Shown here: positions 1 to 10,672 of the stretch, piece after piece
Numbering within the stretch: the first letter of the stretch is position 1
How the letters are laid out: each line of letters opens with the position of its first letter
Origin: an uncultured Nitrososphaeraceae archaeon
GTDB taxonomy: Archaea; Thermoproteota; Nitrososphaeria; Nitrososphaerales; Nitrososphaeraceae
Length of the DNA: 64,000 nt
Direction of reading: 5' to 3'
Assembly (NCBI GenBank): GCA_963837175.1
Contig: CAWIMJ010000057.1
Location: forward strand, 160,001 to 224,000
Translations under genes and position numbers: made by a program
Notes under the pieces: model-generated
The model's input: only the letters and a program-made list of their open reading frames with translations
Databases searched by the model: none
What the model was told of the DNA's origin: nothing

Positions 1-1
1 G

Positions 2-670
2 GAAAATACCAGTAAGGTTGTTGAGAAATTGGAATATGATTTTAAAGAATTAGAAAATACATTAAAGAATTTAGAAGATTCAGGTGAATTTAAAGAGATT
101 ACCCGTACTTTGAGGGAAATAGACAGGTTAAAAATAGAAGAAGAAGAATTTCATAAACAATTGCTAGATCTTTTTGGTCATTTATCCCGAGCTATTACCA
201 AATATTCTTATGGAATGACTAAGGAAATATCTACGAGACTCCATGTTTTGTGTAATGAGCCATGGAAGATTTTTGAGGAAGCAGAAACACTTTCCCGGTA
301 TGTCAAACTATTATATGAAATTCGTAGATCAGTCGAGTTATATACTATTACTCTTAAGGATTCTGACAAAGTTATTCAATATTGTGATATTATTCTGAAA
401 TCGCTTCCTGAGTTTCAAGTTATAACCAAAGAAAGAAACTCAAGATTGGAATTATTACATAGGAGTAAAGTTGACACCCTTGTCAAAACCTCTGTCAAGA
501 TAAGAGAAAAAATGCAACATTATAATGAATCGATTCAAAACAATAAAAGATTATTAGATCAGTTACCTAAACAAATAAATGAAACTAACCGCGAATTAGA
601 AAATTTGACAGTTAAGGCAGAAGAGTATCTTCTAAGGATTACTGGAAATAAATTAACCCTATCAAGATGA
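2..670 (+). CDS. Hypothetical coiled-coil protein, 5'-truncated by the window edge
   Basis: Frame is open from base 2; E/K/L-rich heptad-like composition. Confidence 0.7.
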   Translation, partial: ENTSKVVEKLEYDFKELENTLKNLEDSGEFKEITRTLREIDRLKIEEEEFHKQLLDLFGHLSRAITKYSYGMTKEISTRLHVLCNEPWKIFEEAETLSRYVKLLYEIRRSVELYTITLKDSDKVIQYCDIILKSLPEFQVITKERNSRLELLHRSKVDTLVKTSVKIREKMQHYNESIQNNKRLLDQLPKQINETNRELENLTVKAEEYLLRITGNKLTLSR

Positions 671-1398
671 TTACATAGTTACATATTCTATTCAAATCCA
701 GAAGTAATTATGACCCGATGTTTGTTATTTGATTCTTTATCTTATACAAGTACGAAATTTAGAGTACTTGTTTTACTTCTAGCAAGATTTGTAATTCCGC
801 TAATTCTACGGCTCATAGTCAGAGTAATATGAAATTTCGTTTTTAAAATTTTTACGTCATCGTTTGTGATCCAGCCTGTTTTCGATCTTATTTGCCGGCA
901 AGTTGATTATAATATTCACTTTTCGAACCAATTCAGCTGTACAATCAAATGCTAAGTCTACTTATCTAGATGATCCATCTCATTGACTGGGTGAAATTCT
1001 ACATCAATAGTTGGACAAACCCAATAGAACCTTTCTTCTAATGCTCTCTAAAACTAGATATAATAATGATATCTTCTTTCACATTGCAGCGTCAAGTAAT
1101 AACGTCATTGAAAATCTTCAACTATACTCTTTTTATGTTTGATCTGTTACAGTCTAATGCCTATACATTTTATTGGAAGAAGTAAACAGCACTTCAATTA
1201 ACACATTATCGTTGCTTCAAGAGGATTACCAAAGATGAACAGAATTCAAACTCGAAGGCATCCTAGTGCCAAAATTACAAATATCATAACAGCAAGAGTC
1301 ATACTAATAAGAATTGACTTTTTTAAATTTGTTTTTAACGGATCTGCTTTGATAGTATACCATTTGAATCATGTTCTTATCTAAGGTATAGAAAAATA

Positions 1399-1548
1399 TT
1401 AGCGCCAAAGCGCTGAAACTATTCCCAGTCCGGCAACGGCTAGACCTCCGTACGATAAAAAATTGATTCCTAGTATAAACGCGCCGAGAGCTAAACCAAA
1501 ACCGCTAGCAATCATAATAGCTTCCCCAATTCGTCTTTGGTTCCTCAT
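1399..1548 (-). CDS. Small membrane protein, 49 aa (MRNQRRIGEAIMIASGFGLALGAFILGINFLSYGGLAVAGLGIVSALWR)
   Basis: ATG at 1548; basic N-terminus then two Gly-rich hydrophobic segments; GC-richer than flanks. Confidence 0.65.
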   Translation of the reverse strand: MRNQRRIGEAIMIASGFGLALGAFILGINFLSYGGLAVAGLGIVSALWR

Positions 1549-1749
1549 AAATAACAGATCAATAGTAGATGATAGATTATAAAAGCATAATGATAGTGTG
1601 TATCGCATTTTATATTGAGATAGGGATCAGATAATAAAATATATCGAATTGAAAACGTCTTAGGCTTCGAAAATTTATAGGATCTATTATTTTTAAACGA
1701 TACGCTATGAAAAGGTAAATATCTCAACCATCATATAGTTTGTCCGTAA

Positions 1750-2871
1750 ATGGGTATTCCTGAAAAAATAAAGGCCATCGAAGATGAGATTCATAAAACG
1801 CAGATCAACAAAGCGACCGAATTTCACATTGGTGTACTAAAAGCAAAAATGGCTCGTCTTAAACGCGAAATGGAAGAAAACACCCATGCCAGAACAGTCT
1901 CAAGCGGTGGTGAGAATGTAGGCTTTGACGTCAGAAAAACAGGTGACGCAACAGTTGTTCTCATTGGTCTACCAAGTGTTGGCAAATCAACTCTTCTAAA
2001 TATATTGACAAATGCTAACTCCAGAGTCGCCTCCTATCATTTTACAACTCTGACGGCTATACCAGGCATTATGGATTATCGAGGTGCCAAGATTCAAATT
2101 TTAGACCTTCCAGGAATTATAGAAGGTGCATCAGCGGGAAAAGGAATAGGCAAAAGAGTACTCTCTGTGGCAAGAAATGCTGATCTTGTTCTGATAGTCC
2201 TGGATGTATTTCAACCACATCATTTGAGAATTTTAAAGAATGAATTAGCTGAAATTGGAATTAAAGTTGACCAAAAATCTCCACATGTTACAGTTGAAAA
2301 GACATCTGTCGGTGGAGTTTCAGTAAATATGCTCGTTCCTACGAGATTAACACATAATTTTATAAAGGAAATTTTGCGTGTATCTGGTATACACAATGGT
2401 CGTATAACAATACGAGAAACAGACTTAACCGAGGATCAATTAATCGATGTTTTAAATGGTAATAGAGTCTATGTGAGTTCCTTGACTGTATTAAATAAAA
2501 TTGATCTTGTTAATCAGGCATTTGTGAAAGAGATTCAATCTAAGGTTGGAAATAATTTTATCCCAGTTTCTGCTGATGCAAATATCAATATTGATGCTCT
2601 GAAGGAAGCAATATATGAGAAACTCGATTTCATCAGGATCTACCTGCGTCCGAAGAGAGAAGAAACAGACTACAAAGAACCATTGATAATCAGAAACGGA
2701 AGTACCGTCGCAGTTGTTTGCAATAAACTTCATCGCAATATGATAAAAGATTTTCGCTTCGCACAGATTTGGGGAAGGAGTGCAAAATTCAATGGTCAGA
2801 AAGTTGGTTTAGATCACGTCCTAAAGGACAAGGATGTATTGACAATAATAAAGAAGATAAATACCGTGTGA
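1750..2871 (+). CDS. DRG/Obg-family GTP-binding protein with C-terminal TGS domain
   Basis: GLPSVGKS, YHFTT, DLPG, NKID motifs; GQKVGLDHVLKDKDV TGS tail. Confidence 0.95.
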   Translation: MGIPEKIKAIEDEIHKTQINKATEFHIGVLKAKMARLKREMEENTHARTVSSGGENVGFDVRKTGDATVVLIGLPSVGKSTLLNILTNANSRVASYHFTTLTAIPGIMDYRGAKIQILDLPGIIEGASAGKGIGKRVLSVARNADLVLIVLDVFQPHHLRILKNELAEIGIKVDQKSPHVTVEKTSVGGVSVNMLVPTRLTHNFIKEILRVSGIHNGRITIRETDLTEDQLIDVLNGNRVYVSSLTVLNKIDLVNQAFVKEIQSKVGNNFIPVSADANINIDALKEAIYEKLDFIRIYLRPKREETDYKEPLIIRNGSTVAVVCNKLHRNMIKDFRFAQIWGRSAKFNGQKVGLDHVLKDKDVLTIIKKINTV

Positions 2872-3198
2872 ATTTACAATCAAAGCTCGATAAAAATAAT
2901 ACTATTTTCTAGATCTTATGTTATATTCTAAGAAATATCCAAATGAGTTTGGATAAAGAATTTATACACTAGTTGTAATAATGTCAAAATCTAATGCATT
3001 ATGGTTAATTCGTTCTGACATCTCAGTATAACCAGATATACTTCAAATTCAGTAATCTTGCCCATACGACGTAATGACGAGGTCGGGTTTACAACAAACT
3101 TGCTATTACTTGAATTTTGTCATCTATACACATAGGAGATGAGTAGCTGAACAAGCCTGTAATAGTATTAAAATTAAGACATCGTGAAGAATTTCAAT

Positions 3199-3837
3199 CT
3201 AAAAAGGACTTCCCGTAGGTGGGGATGAACTATCCCCTCCGCCTGTTTCAGCTGATTTGGATGGTCCAGAATCTTTCTTCCTTAAGATGTGGCTGAAAAA
3301 AAGCATTGCCAAGATTACAGCTATAATAATATAATTAACTGGAGGACTTATAGCTCTAGTTATTAATCCAACACCTGGGATTACAAATGCGACCTTTCCA
3401 ATATACTCTTTTTCTGTAATAGGAAAATCTACTCCTGGAATAGAAGAAGGATTAGCATCGCCCTTGGTCCTGATAACTCTCTCTTCTTGAGAATTGATAA
3501 CAATATCTTTGATATCTGCTACCCTATGGACTATTACCCTATCAGCACCGTCAGGCCTATGGAAAACAATAATATCTCCCAGATTTAGACCTTTAAAAGA
3601 GCCGCCATCTCTCACGACTAACACATCATCTACATTTAGGTTGGGCACCATACTACCACTGGAAACTATATAAAATGGATTGGCAGTATCAAACACCAAC
3701 CTCATACCTACCCAAATAATTACAACTCCTATGGCAACAATCGCAATGTCTTTGATAGCACTTGGAATCTTCGACTCACGTTTATTTAGCAACTTTAAGA
3801 TTATCGCTTTTTTCGTTAGATAAACCTTTAGGTACAT
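3199..3837 (-). CDS. sec11: Signal peptidase I, Sec11 type (start uncertain)
   Basis: TM helix, VSSGSMVP, GDIIVF, IVHRV, TKGDAN motifs. Confidence 0.92.
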   Translation of the reverse strand: MYLKVYLTKKAIILKLLNKRESKIPSAIKDIAIVAIGVVIIWVGMRLVFDTANPFYIVSSGSMVPNLNVDDVLVVRDGGSFKGLNLGDIIVFHRPDGADRVIVHRVADIKDIVINSQEERVIRTKGDANPSSIPGVDFPITEKEYIGKVAFVIPGVGLITRAISPPVNYIIIAVILAMLFFSHILRKKDSGPSKSAETGGGDSSSPPTGSPF

Positions 3838-4313
3838 TTTTTTAAAAAATTAACTAAAAAAAGATATTTTTAGATTAAGATAATATATCTATGTATTTAC
3901 AAATATAGAAATGTATACTCATGCTGGCCCTTCCGCTGATTTTTAAGTAAAGCAAATCAGATGACAAAACTTTTTTAGTATTCTTAATTCTTAGTAATTG
4001 TCTCTAAGTGGCAATTTACTTTAAATAAAAATTTCATTAGAGTTGTAGTTATCTTGTGATTTCTTGTCTTCTTCTATTATATGTAAAGATTGTATGTTCC
4101 ATTGCTGGTAAGCACATTAAATAATTATCTGTTTATGTATCTAGCTTATCATAGCAGAGTAATGGATCATTTTAACCCGCAAGGTAGGCAGAGATTAAAA
4201 AAGATCCTCATGGAGCAGAGCTTAACGAAACATCATTTTGTGTACTTGCATTTCAAGTTAAAAAAATAGATCTATTCTTCTCGAACTAAAACCTATGAAT
4301 TCTTTATTATATA

Positions 4314-4394
4314 ATGGCAGCTCAGTCAAATGCCTTCTCCGCATCTTTTGCTCTCGCAAAATCAGACTTAACTCTGAATCTTCACTGCTGCCAT
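4314..4394 (-). ncRNA. Box C/D methylation guide sRNA
   Basis: 8-bp terminal stem ATGGCAGC/GCTGCCAT, C box GTGAAGA, D' CTGA, internal hairpin TTTTGC-GAGA-GCAAAA, D box CTGA; guides TCAGAGTTA and AAGGCATTTG are complementary to conserved LSU rRNA sequence as recalled. Confidence 0.8.
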
Positions 4395-4399
4395 CCTTT

Positions 4400-4825
4400 C
4401 TAAATATTAGGATTTTCATATTTAATGTGTTCGTCTATCGCCTGATTCGCCAGCAAATCTGCATTTCTATTTCTCGATCTAGGCACATGTTTATAAATAA
4501 CAGTTTGAAAATGTTTCTCAAGGTTAGATATTTCTCTAAATATGTCTTTTAGTTGCCTGTTTCTCAGCTTGTATCGGTTCGTTCGCTGATTAACAAGGAG
4601 TTGACTGTCTGACAAAATTGTAATCTTGTCATCTAAACCGAAAGCAATTTGCATAGCTTTTTTTAACGCTATGTATTCAGCCTGGTTATTTGTCTTAGAG
4701 CCGATGAACTCCTTGTGCTCTAATATTTTCCAATTTTCTTTGGCTATTACAATTCCTACTCCTGATAATCCAGGATTACCCCTGCTGGCACCATCGATAT
4801 TAATAATTAGCAAATGGTATAACAC
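4400..4825 (-). CDS. rnhA: Ribonuclease HI, archaeal type
   Basis: DGASRGNPG, TNNQAEY, SDSQL, HVPR, NRNADLLANQA motifs. Confidence 0.93.
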   Translation of the reverse strand: MLYHLLIINIDGASRGNPGLSGVGIVIAKENWKILEHKEFIGSKTNNQAEYIALKKAMQIAFGLDDKITILSDSQLLVNQRTNRYKLRNRQLKDIFREISNLEKHFQTVIYKHVPRSRNRNADLLANQAIDEHIKYENPNI

Positions 4826-5383
4826 AACGTTGAACTACATTATCAATATAATAATTACTCTCAAATCTTTACAAATTAACACCAACAAGAATGTTATCCA
4901 TATTGACGAAAAATCCAGTTACTAAAATAAAAGTTTATACAATATAAAAATGATTCTATATGTTCAATACCTTGACTGTTTAATACTGTGCAAAACAAAA
5001 ATCAGATAGTTAAATATAGAATAAAGAATCATATCATTGTAAAACGGAAATAATCAAATCACTATAATCATAATTTTCTACTATTAGTGCTTAAATTATC
5101 AAATTAGACGACTGAAGTTGCTAATTTGTATTCTAACATGTTCAGAGTGAAGTAGCCAATCCTCTGTGCTTAGCTGTAAATATTATAGTATCTGAAATAC
5201 AGTAATATGGCCCTTATCGATGAAAGTATCAATAAATATCTTCTTTATAAGCACCAGTGAAGTGAATATTAGATTAACGAACTAAAATGATGATGTTGTA
5301 TATCACAATAACTTTTGTATTAATATGAAAGTTAGAAAAGCAATAATAACTGCTTTAGTATTGAATACCAATAGTTTTTTTAA

Positions 5384-5947
5384 ATGCCAAAGCGGAAAGT
5401 TAAAGAAGAAAAACCGAGGAAGAAACTAGGCAAGAAACAAATTCTATTACCGCCAGTGATAGTAGGTGCTGCAACGCTTGCAGGTATTTTGATAATGTAT
5501 TTTGTCCCTCATCCCCCTGTACTCAATGTATGCCTGAAAAAAAATGCCATTGATCCATTTAATGTTTATCCTAGAATACAAATAGTAGTGGATGGAGATA
5601 CAAAACTGATGCCTGATGACGTAGGCAAGGTTTGGAAAGACGGTAAAGAATGCATGCGGGTTATTCGTACTGATGCTGTCGGAGATATGCTTCATATACA
5701 ATATGTCAGACCCATCAGGCTAACCATAGATGACTTTATGAAAATATATTCATATGATAACCGAACTATATCTGTGATGGATAATTCTACAGGAACGCCA
5801 AAGAAGGAAATATTAACACTCAAAGACTTTAATATTGACTATTCATACTTTTCTGAAAAAGGTGAATTCACTAGAGTAACTAAGTCATCAGATATTCCTC
5901 CGTTTACTAATGACTTAGTTGTAAGAATCCAATTAAGATCCAAATAG
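5384..5947 (+). CDS. Hypothetical membrane-anchored protein
   Basis: Basic N-terminus, one TM helix, 187-aa ORF with two Cys. Confidence 0.75.
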   Translation: MPKRKVKEEKPRKKLGKKQILLPPVIVGAATLAGILIMYFVPHPPVLNVCLKKNAIDPFNVYPRIQIVVDGDTKLMPDDVGKVWKDGKECMRVIRTDAVGDMLHIQYVRPIRLTIDDFMKIYSYDNRTISVMDNSTGTPKKEILTLKDFNIDYSYFSEKGEFTRVTKSSDIPPFTNDLVVRIQLRSK

Positions 5948-5984
5948 ATATAAATAGAGAAGATTTTGCCCTAGATTTGATCAT

Positions 5985-7010
5985 TTGGCTAATAAAAGCG
6001 CTGTGATACTGCGTGGAGACGGTACCGGTCGAGAATTAGTGGAGGCGATGATGAGAGTCTTGAAAGCCTGCAATACTAGGATAGAACTAATTTTAGCCGA
6101 CGCTGGATCCGAATGGTGGCAGGAAACCGGAGCGAATTCTTACATTTCACAAGAAGTTTGGAAATTACTTGAAGATAGCGATGCCTGTTTCAAGGGTCCA
6201 ACCACTACTATCCCTAATCCGAATGCTCCACGCAGTGTAGCGGTGAGTATTAGACAGAAATTCGAATTATATGCCAATGTAAGACCTATAAAGACATACA
6301 AAAATGCTGAAAGACAGCTATATTTCATATGTGTACGCGAAGCGACCGAAGGACTATATGCAGGGATTGAATTCAGAACCAGTGACGACTCAGCTATTGC
6401 TATACGCAAAATAACAAGAAAAGGCTGTGAAAGAGTAGTAAAAAAAGGTTTCCAAATAGCAGAGGAGAGAAATTTTCAAAAAATTTATGCGATTACAAAA
6501 AGGAATATATTAAAAGAAACTGACGGAATATTCTGGGCGGCAATAGAAAAGGTTCAAAACCAATTTAAGAATATCGAGGTAGAAGAATATTATGTAGATA
6601 ATATGACACAACAACTCGTTAAGAATCCACAACGGTTTAACGATAGCATATTGATAAGTACAAATTTATTTATGGATATAATCTCAGAATGCGCCTCAGG
6701 ACATGTAGGTTCGATAGGGTGTGTATATTCCGGAAATTATGGTGATGATTATGCAATGTTTGAACCTGCACATGGTAGTGCTCCAAAATATGCGGGAAAA
6801 AATAAGGTAAATCCTGTAGCCACTATCTTGTCAGCCGCATTGATGGTGGATTATCTTGGAGAAAAAGAGATTTCGAGTGCAATTTTTGAAGCCACAGAAA
6901 ATGTTATTAATGAAAATCTGTACGTTACGTATGACTTAGGTGGAAAATCTACTCTTTCTCGAATGGCAGAAGAAATAGCAAATAGGGCAGCCAGAATTCT
7001 GAAAAAGTAA
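5985..7010 (+). CDS. Isocitrate/isopropylmalate dehydrogenase family protein, probably isocitrate dehydrogenase
   Basis: [40 protein letters not shown] motifs. Confidence 0.9.
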   Translation: MANKSAVILRGDGTGRELVEAMMRVLKACNTRIELILADAGSEWWQETGANSYISQEVWKLLEDSDACFKGPTTTIPNPNAPRSVAVSIRQKFELYANVRPIKTYKNAERQLYFICVREATEGLYAGIEFRTSDDSAIAIRKITRKGCERVVKKGFQIAEERNFQKIYAITKRNILKETDGIFWAAIEKVQNQFKNIEVEEYYVDNMTQQLVKNPQRFNDSILISTNLFMDIISECASGHVGSIGCVYSGNYGDDYAMFEPAHGSAPKYAGKNKVNPVATILSAALMVDYLGEKEISSAIFEATENVINENLYVTYDLGGKSTLSRMAEEIANRAARILKK

Positions 7011-7020
7011 GTGTTACAAA

Positions 7021-7566
7021 TCAAGAAGTAATGAAGCTAATCTCAACTAAGGAAAGTGTCTCAAAAAATATCTTCCTTTCTTTTATGATCCTTTTCTTTA
7101 AGTTCAATTCTATTATCAATTTGTCTAATTCCGAGGTGAAAGACAAAGATGACGTAATTGTCAACATCTTCCCTTGCCTTTGCAGAACCGAAATAGCGGA
7201 TCGAACAAAATGGAGAGTATATTCGATACCTGTGGGACCTCCATCTATAGTACGGTCGTGATTTGTTTTATTGAGATCCGGTAGATATGGAGGATTGCTT
7301 ACGATAAAATCAAATTTAATAGAAACTGCAGAAGCGGCATCGCAACAAAGCAGCATAGTATTCTTAGGGAGATTATTTTTGTAATAGTGTAGAGACCTGT
7401 AATCAATGTCTGTTCCAACCACAGTATTAAAATTCTGAGAAAGTGCATTCAATATTATACCCGATCCAGCACCTATTTCCAAAGCAAAATCACCACAATA
7501 ATGTTTAGCGTATTCTGCCAAAAAAAAACTATCTTCTGAAGGGATATACAAGTTCCATTTTCCCAT
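7021..7566 (-). CDS. HemK/N6AMT1-like SAM methyltransferase (putative aRF1 Gln methylase)
   Basis: YIPSEDS, LEIGAGSG, SNPPYLP, DGGPTG motifs. Confidence 0.88.
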   Translation of the reverse strand: MGKWNLYIPSEDSFFLAEYAKHYCGDFALEIGAGSGIILNALSQNFNTVVGTDIDYRSLHYYKNNLPKNTMLLCCDAASAVSIKFDFIVSNPPYLPDLNKTNHDRTIDGGPTGIEYTLHFVRSAISVLQRQGKMLTITSSLSFTSELDKLIIELNLKKRIIKERKIFFETLSLVEISFITS

Positions 7567-8626
7567 CTTATAGTGTTTAACTAGAAGAAACTAGGTAGTA
7601 TATCTTATTCATGTCAAATGGCTCTACCGAATAATAAAAGCGATTATTTTTCTTACCATGTTGGTGACAATAACAATAAATGTTAACGATAGGAAGAGAC
7701 ATTATTTTATTTTAATTTTATACATATATCTGTGTACCGTCTGTTGAGATGGATTATTTTTAAATTCCTTGTATCTTTAAGGTAACGTTTTTGAAAATGC
7801 AATAATATTGGTCTAGATTATATTACAACATTGGATCAAATCTTTATACTATTAATAGCGGATTTAGGTATTAATTGATTTTGAAAATCATTATAGGAAT
7901 TTGTTATAACTATACTCAATCATATTGATGGTATTTAGTCTACATGCAGAAAATCCCTTATTACAATATTAAGTAATTATACCATAACATTACTATATTA
8001 TTCATGCTAAGTATAACCACCGTTATGAACATAATGCTAATTTTTGCAGCAAGGTTTGCTATAAACATCTCGAAAAAATTGATTTTGCAGTGAAGATTAG
8101 CTAAATTTTAGGATTCCCAGATATCTTAATATAGATAGTTAAAGGGATGAATGGAGGAATAATTTGTGTTGATAGAATTTAAAAAGCAAGCAACTAAAAT
8201 CAGAGCCCTTATTTATGCATAATTAATTCTCTTTCTTTCAATAGTAGTTATTTTTAATTTTATTACATCAATAAATCGCTTCATAAAATACAATTATATA
8301 TCGCTTCATAATACAGGAATGTGTCATATGTCGATATAGGAGCAAATCTTTCTTTGTACAGCGTTTCTAATCATCAAAATGATAATTAATTCATCGTAGC
8401 TTTTTTCATATTTATTAATATTAATAACAGGAATTTTCAAAAATTGAAAATACTGAGTATTCAATACTACCTTATTTCTCATAATCGTAATGTTCTTGTT
8501 GTTTACTTCGATAATACCTATTAGATAGTAATGAACTAAATAGCATGATTATTCCATCTCTTTTCTGAAGGATTGATTCTGCTGATAATATTTAGTATGG
8601 CTATATATCTAAATAGCGAGGTTTTT

Positions 8627-9340
8627 CTATTCAGCTGCTATTTCCATTAATTCTTTAACAGTTAATTGGTCTATTTTCTTAACATCATGCCTCATTTTAG
8701 TGCCATATCTTTTTAACAATGTGGAAGCGTTCTTATTTCTTTGGGAAAACAGAAAGTTTAGCTTAGTGATAATACTTTTATTCATTATCGCAGATCTTGG
8801 AACTAATCTTATAAGGGTTGATTCTATAGAAGGTTTAGGATAAAAGGCTTCTTTACTTACATTAAATAGCCTTTCAATACTAAAACAATACTGACTTAAT
8901 ACTGTAATTGCTCTATAATTTTTTTCGCCGGGATTAGCTTGTAATTTATCGGCGAATTCCCTTTGTGTCATAATTATGGCTCGTTTGAATTTTTGGAATG
9001 GCAACCATTGTAAAGCATCTTTACTTCTTGAATAAGGAAGATTCGAGATGAAAACATCGAATTCCAAATGATAAATATTGAAAATATCAGCGTTAATTAG
9101 CTCCAAATTTGGATAACAAGTAGAAATATTACGTACTTTTCTAAAAATTTGCCTATCTGCTTCAAATGACTTAACTAAATTGGCCTTTTTACAAAGTTCT
9201 TCAGTTAACACTCCATTTCCAGTGCCTGCTTCATATACAATTTCTTCTTCATTAATTTGAGAAGCTTCAATAATTCTTGCAAGAATCCTATTATCTTTGA
9301 GCATATGCTGGCCAAAAGATCTTCTTTTTGACCATTTCAT
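8627..9340 (-). CDS. ksgA: 16S rRNA adenine dimethyltransferase KsgA/Dim1
   Basis: GQHML, EAGTGNGVLT, SNLPY, QREFADKL, FYPKP motifs; position after rpl21e-rpo4-DUF655. Confidence 0.92.
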   Translation of the reverse strand: MKWSKRRSFGQHMLKDNRILARIIEASQINEEEIVYEAGTGNGVLTEELCKKANLVKSFEADRQIFRKVRNISTCYPNLELINADIFNIYHLEFDVFISNLPYSRSKDALQWLPFQKFKRAIIMTQREFADKLQANPGEKNYRAITVLSQYCFSIERLFNVSKEAFYPKPSIESTLIRLVPRSAIMNKSIITKLNFLFSQRNKNASTLLKRYGTKMRHDVKKIDQLTVKELMEIAAE

Positions 9341-9951
9341 TTTCTAACAAACAGATTCATTCTAGCTTCCCCAGCAATTTCATCTATAATTCTTTTCGAT
9401 ATAAGTTTTGCCGGATCTCTCAATCCAACCCTATTTTGAATATCTTCAAAAGATTCAAATCTTTTTTTGTCCCGCTCTTTGATTATGGTCATCATATAGG
9501 TTTTTCCTATTCCCGGAATTAGTTCAAGAGCATGAATTCTAGGTGTAATTGGCTGAGAAATATTCATGTAATCTATAAACCTTTTCTCGTTTGCAACTAC
9601 TATTATTTCTACGATATTTGGGAGTTCATTTTTCGCTGACTGTGTTATGTTTGGATAATCTAGTCTGCCAAGCACGCTCATCACTTTATTGCGACCCTCT
9701 CGTCCAATATACACCCGCTCTCCAACTTCAAAGCTCATATTTTGAACACCAAGCAATTCTAATAGGGTTAACCTTTCCTCTCCTATGGCCTGAATGATTA
9801 TTCCTTCCCTTCCTCTTACTGTATTAGATTTTCCTCTGAGAGTAAAATCTAATACGTATGCGTACTCCTCATATTTTCTTTGAAATTGCTGTTCCCCGGG
9901 GCTGGATACGCTTGTCCGATTATTAGAGTAACCTGCAGGCAGTGCTGACAA
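9337..9951 (-). CDS. DUF655 family putative nucleic-acid-binding protein
   Basis: YEEYAYVLD, QAIGE, HhH-like ELIPGIGK; conserved archaeal context. Confidence 0.9.
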   Translation of the reverse strand: MSALPAGYSNNRTSVSSPGEQQFQRKYEEYAYVLDFTLRGKSNTVRGREGIIIQAIGEERLTLLELLGVQNMSFEVGERVYIGREGRNKVMSVLGRLDYPNITQSAKNELPNIVEIIVVANEKRFIDYMNISQPITPRIHALELIPGIGKTYMMTIIKERDKKRFESFEDIQNRVGLRDPAKLISKRIIDEIAGEARMNLFVRK

Positions 9952-9987
9952 TCTAAATCACCGGTATATTTACTGATTACTTTTTAT

Positions 9988-10320
9988 TTAACTTTCAGTT
10001 CTAATTTTAAGTATATTTAGCATTTTTTCCAAAGTATCTGTAAGAATAAGTTTTTTCCATCCGAATGTGAATGCTCTTAGTTCCTCTATCGAAGTAGGCA
10101 TCGCATTGACAATTTCAACTGCCTCTTCTTCTTTTAAGTCACATTTTTCAATTAATTGGCTTACCATTCTGGCAGCAAGATTCGAATCTACCTGAGCAAA
10201 CTTCCCAACATAGTCAAAAGTCCACCTTTGGATCTGATCCATATCATCCACCTTAACTCCTTCCAAGATTTTCTTTACCTGCGAAAGTGTAATAATTTCT
10301 TTTTTGACTATATCCGTCAT
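9988..10320 (-). CDS. rpo4: RNA polymerase subunit Rpo4 (RpoF)
   Basis: EAVEIVNAMPTSIEELRA motif; operon position. Confidence 0.9.
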   Translation of the reverse strand: MTDIVKKEIITLSQVKKILEGVKVDDMDQIQRWTFDYVGKFAQVDSNLAARMVSQLIEKCDLKEEEAVEIVNAMPTSIEELRAFTFGWKKLILTDTLEKMLNILKIRTES

Positions 10321-10619
10321 TTTGAATTCTCCTTATCGGTAGTTAATGGTTTAATATGGTTAAGTTTAGTACACAATAATTTTCGCTTGTCTCCTATCAT
10401 TACAGAAAACTTTATTGTCCTTCTTCCAACCTCTTTTACAATACCAACTTTTCCTTGGAATCTCCTGTGAGGAATTGTATTATGTTCTTTTGGATCCACA
10501 TCTACAATAACTTTATCACCTACTTTATAATCAATAAGCAAATACGAAATTCCCCTGGCAACTTTATCTTTAGTAAGCATGGATCGAGACTTTCTTCTGG
10601 TACCGTGCGAGCTTGGCAT
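10317..10619 (-). CDS. rpl21e: 50S ribosomal protein L21e
   Basis: MPSSHGTRRKSR, GDKV, PHRRFQGKVG. Confidence 0.96.
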   Translation of the reverse strand: MPSSHGTRRKSRSMLTKDKVARGISYLLIDYKVGDKVIVDVDPKEHNTIPHRRFQGKVGIVKEVGRRTIKFSVMIGDKRKLLCTKLNHIKPLTTDKENSK

Positions 10620-10672
10620 GACAAATACATTATCAAAATCCTTAATTTATATTATCTGCTTAATTTTAAGCC

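Noticed and set aside
4295-4552. 85-aa plus-strand ORF and the many other antisense ORFs in the track (e.g. 15697-16083, 30028-30381, 55245-55799, 56053-56613)
   Set aside because: Shadow frames of well-supported genes or of an sRNA on the opposite strand; no motifs
7620-8207. GGCTCT...AGAGCC pair resembling IS6 ends around an AT-rich tract
   Set aside because: Only 6 bp of match, no target duplication, no convincing transposase residue pattern
8412-8461. Cluster of AT-rich palindromes (TTATTAATATTAATAA, ATTTTCAA-AAA-TTGAAAAT)
   Set aside because: Expected by chance in very AT-rich DNA
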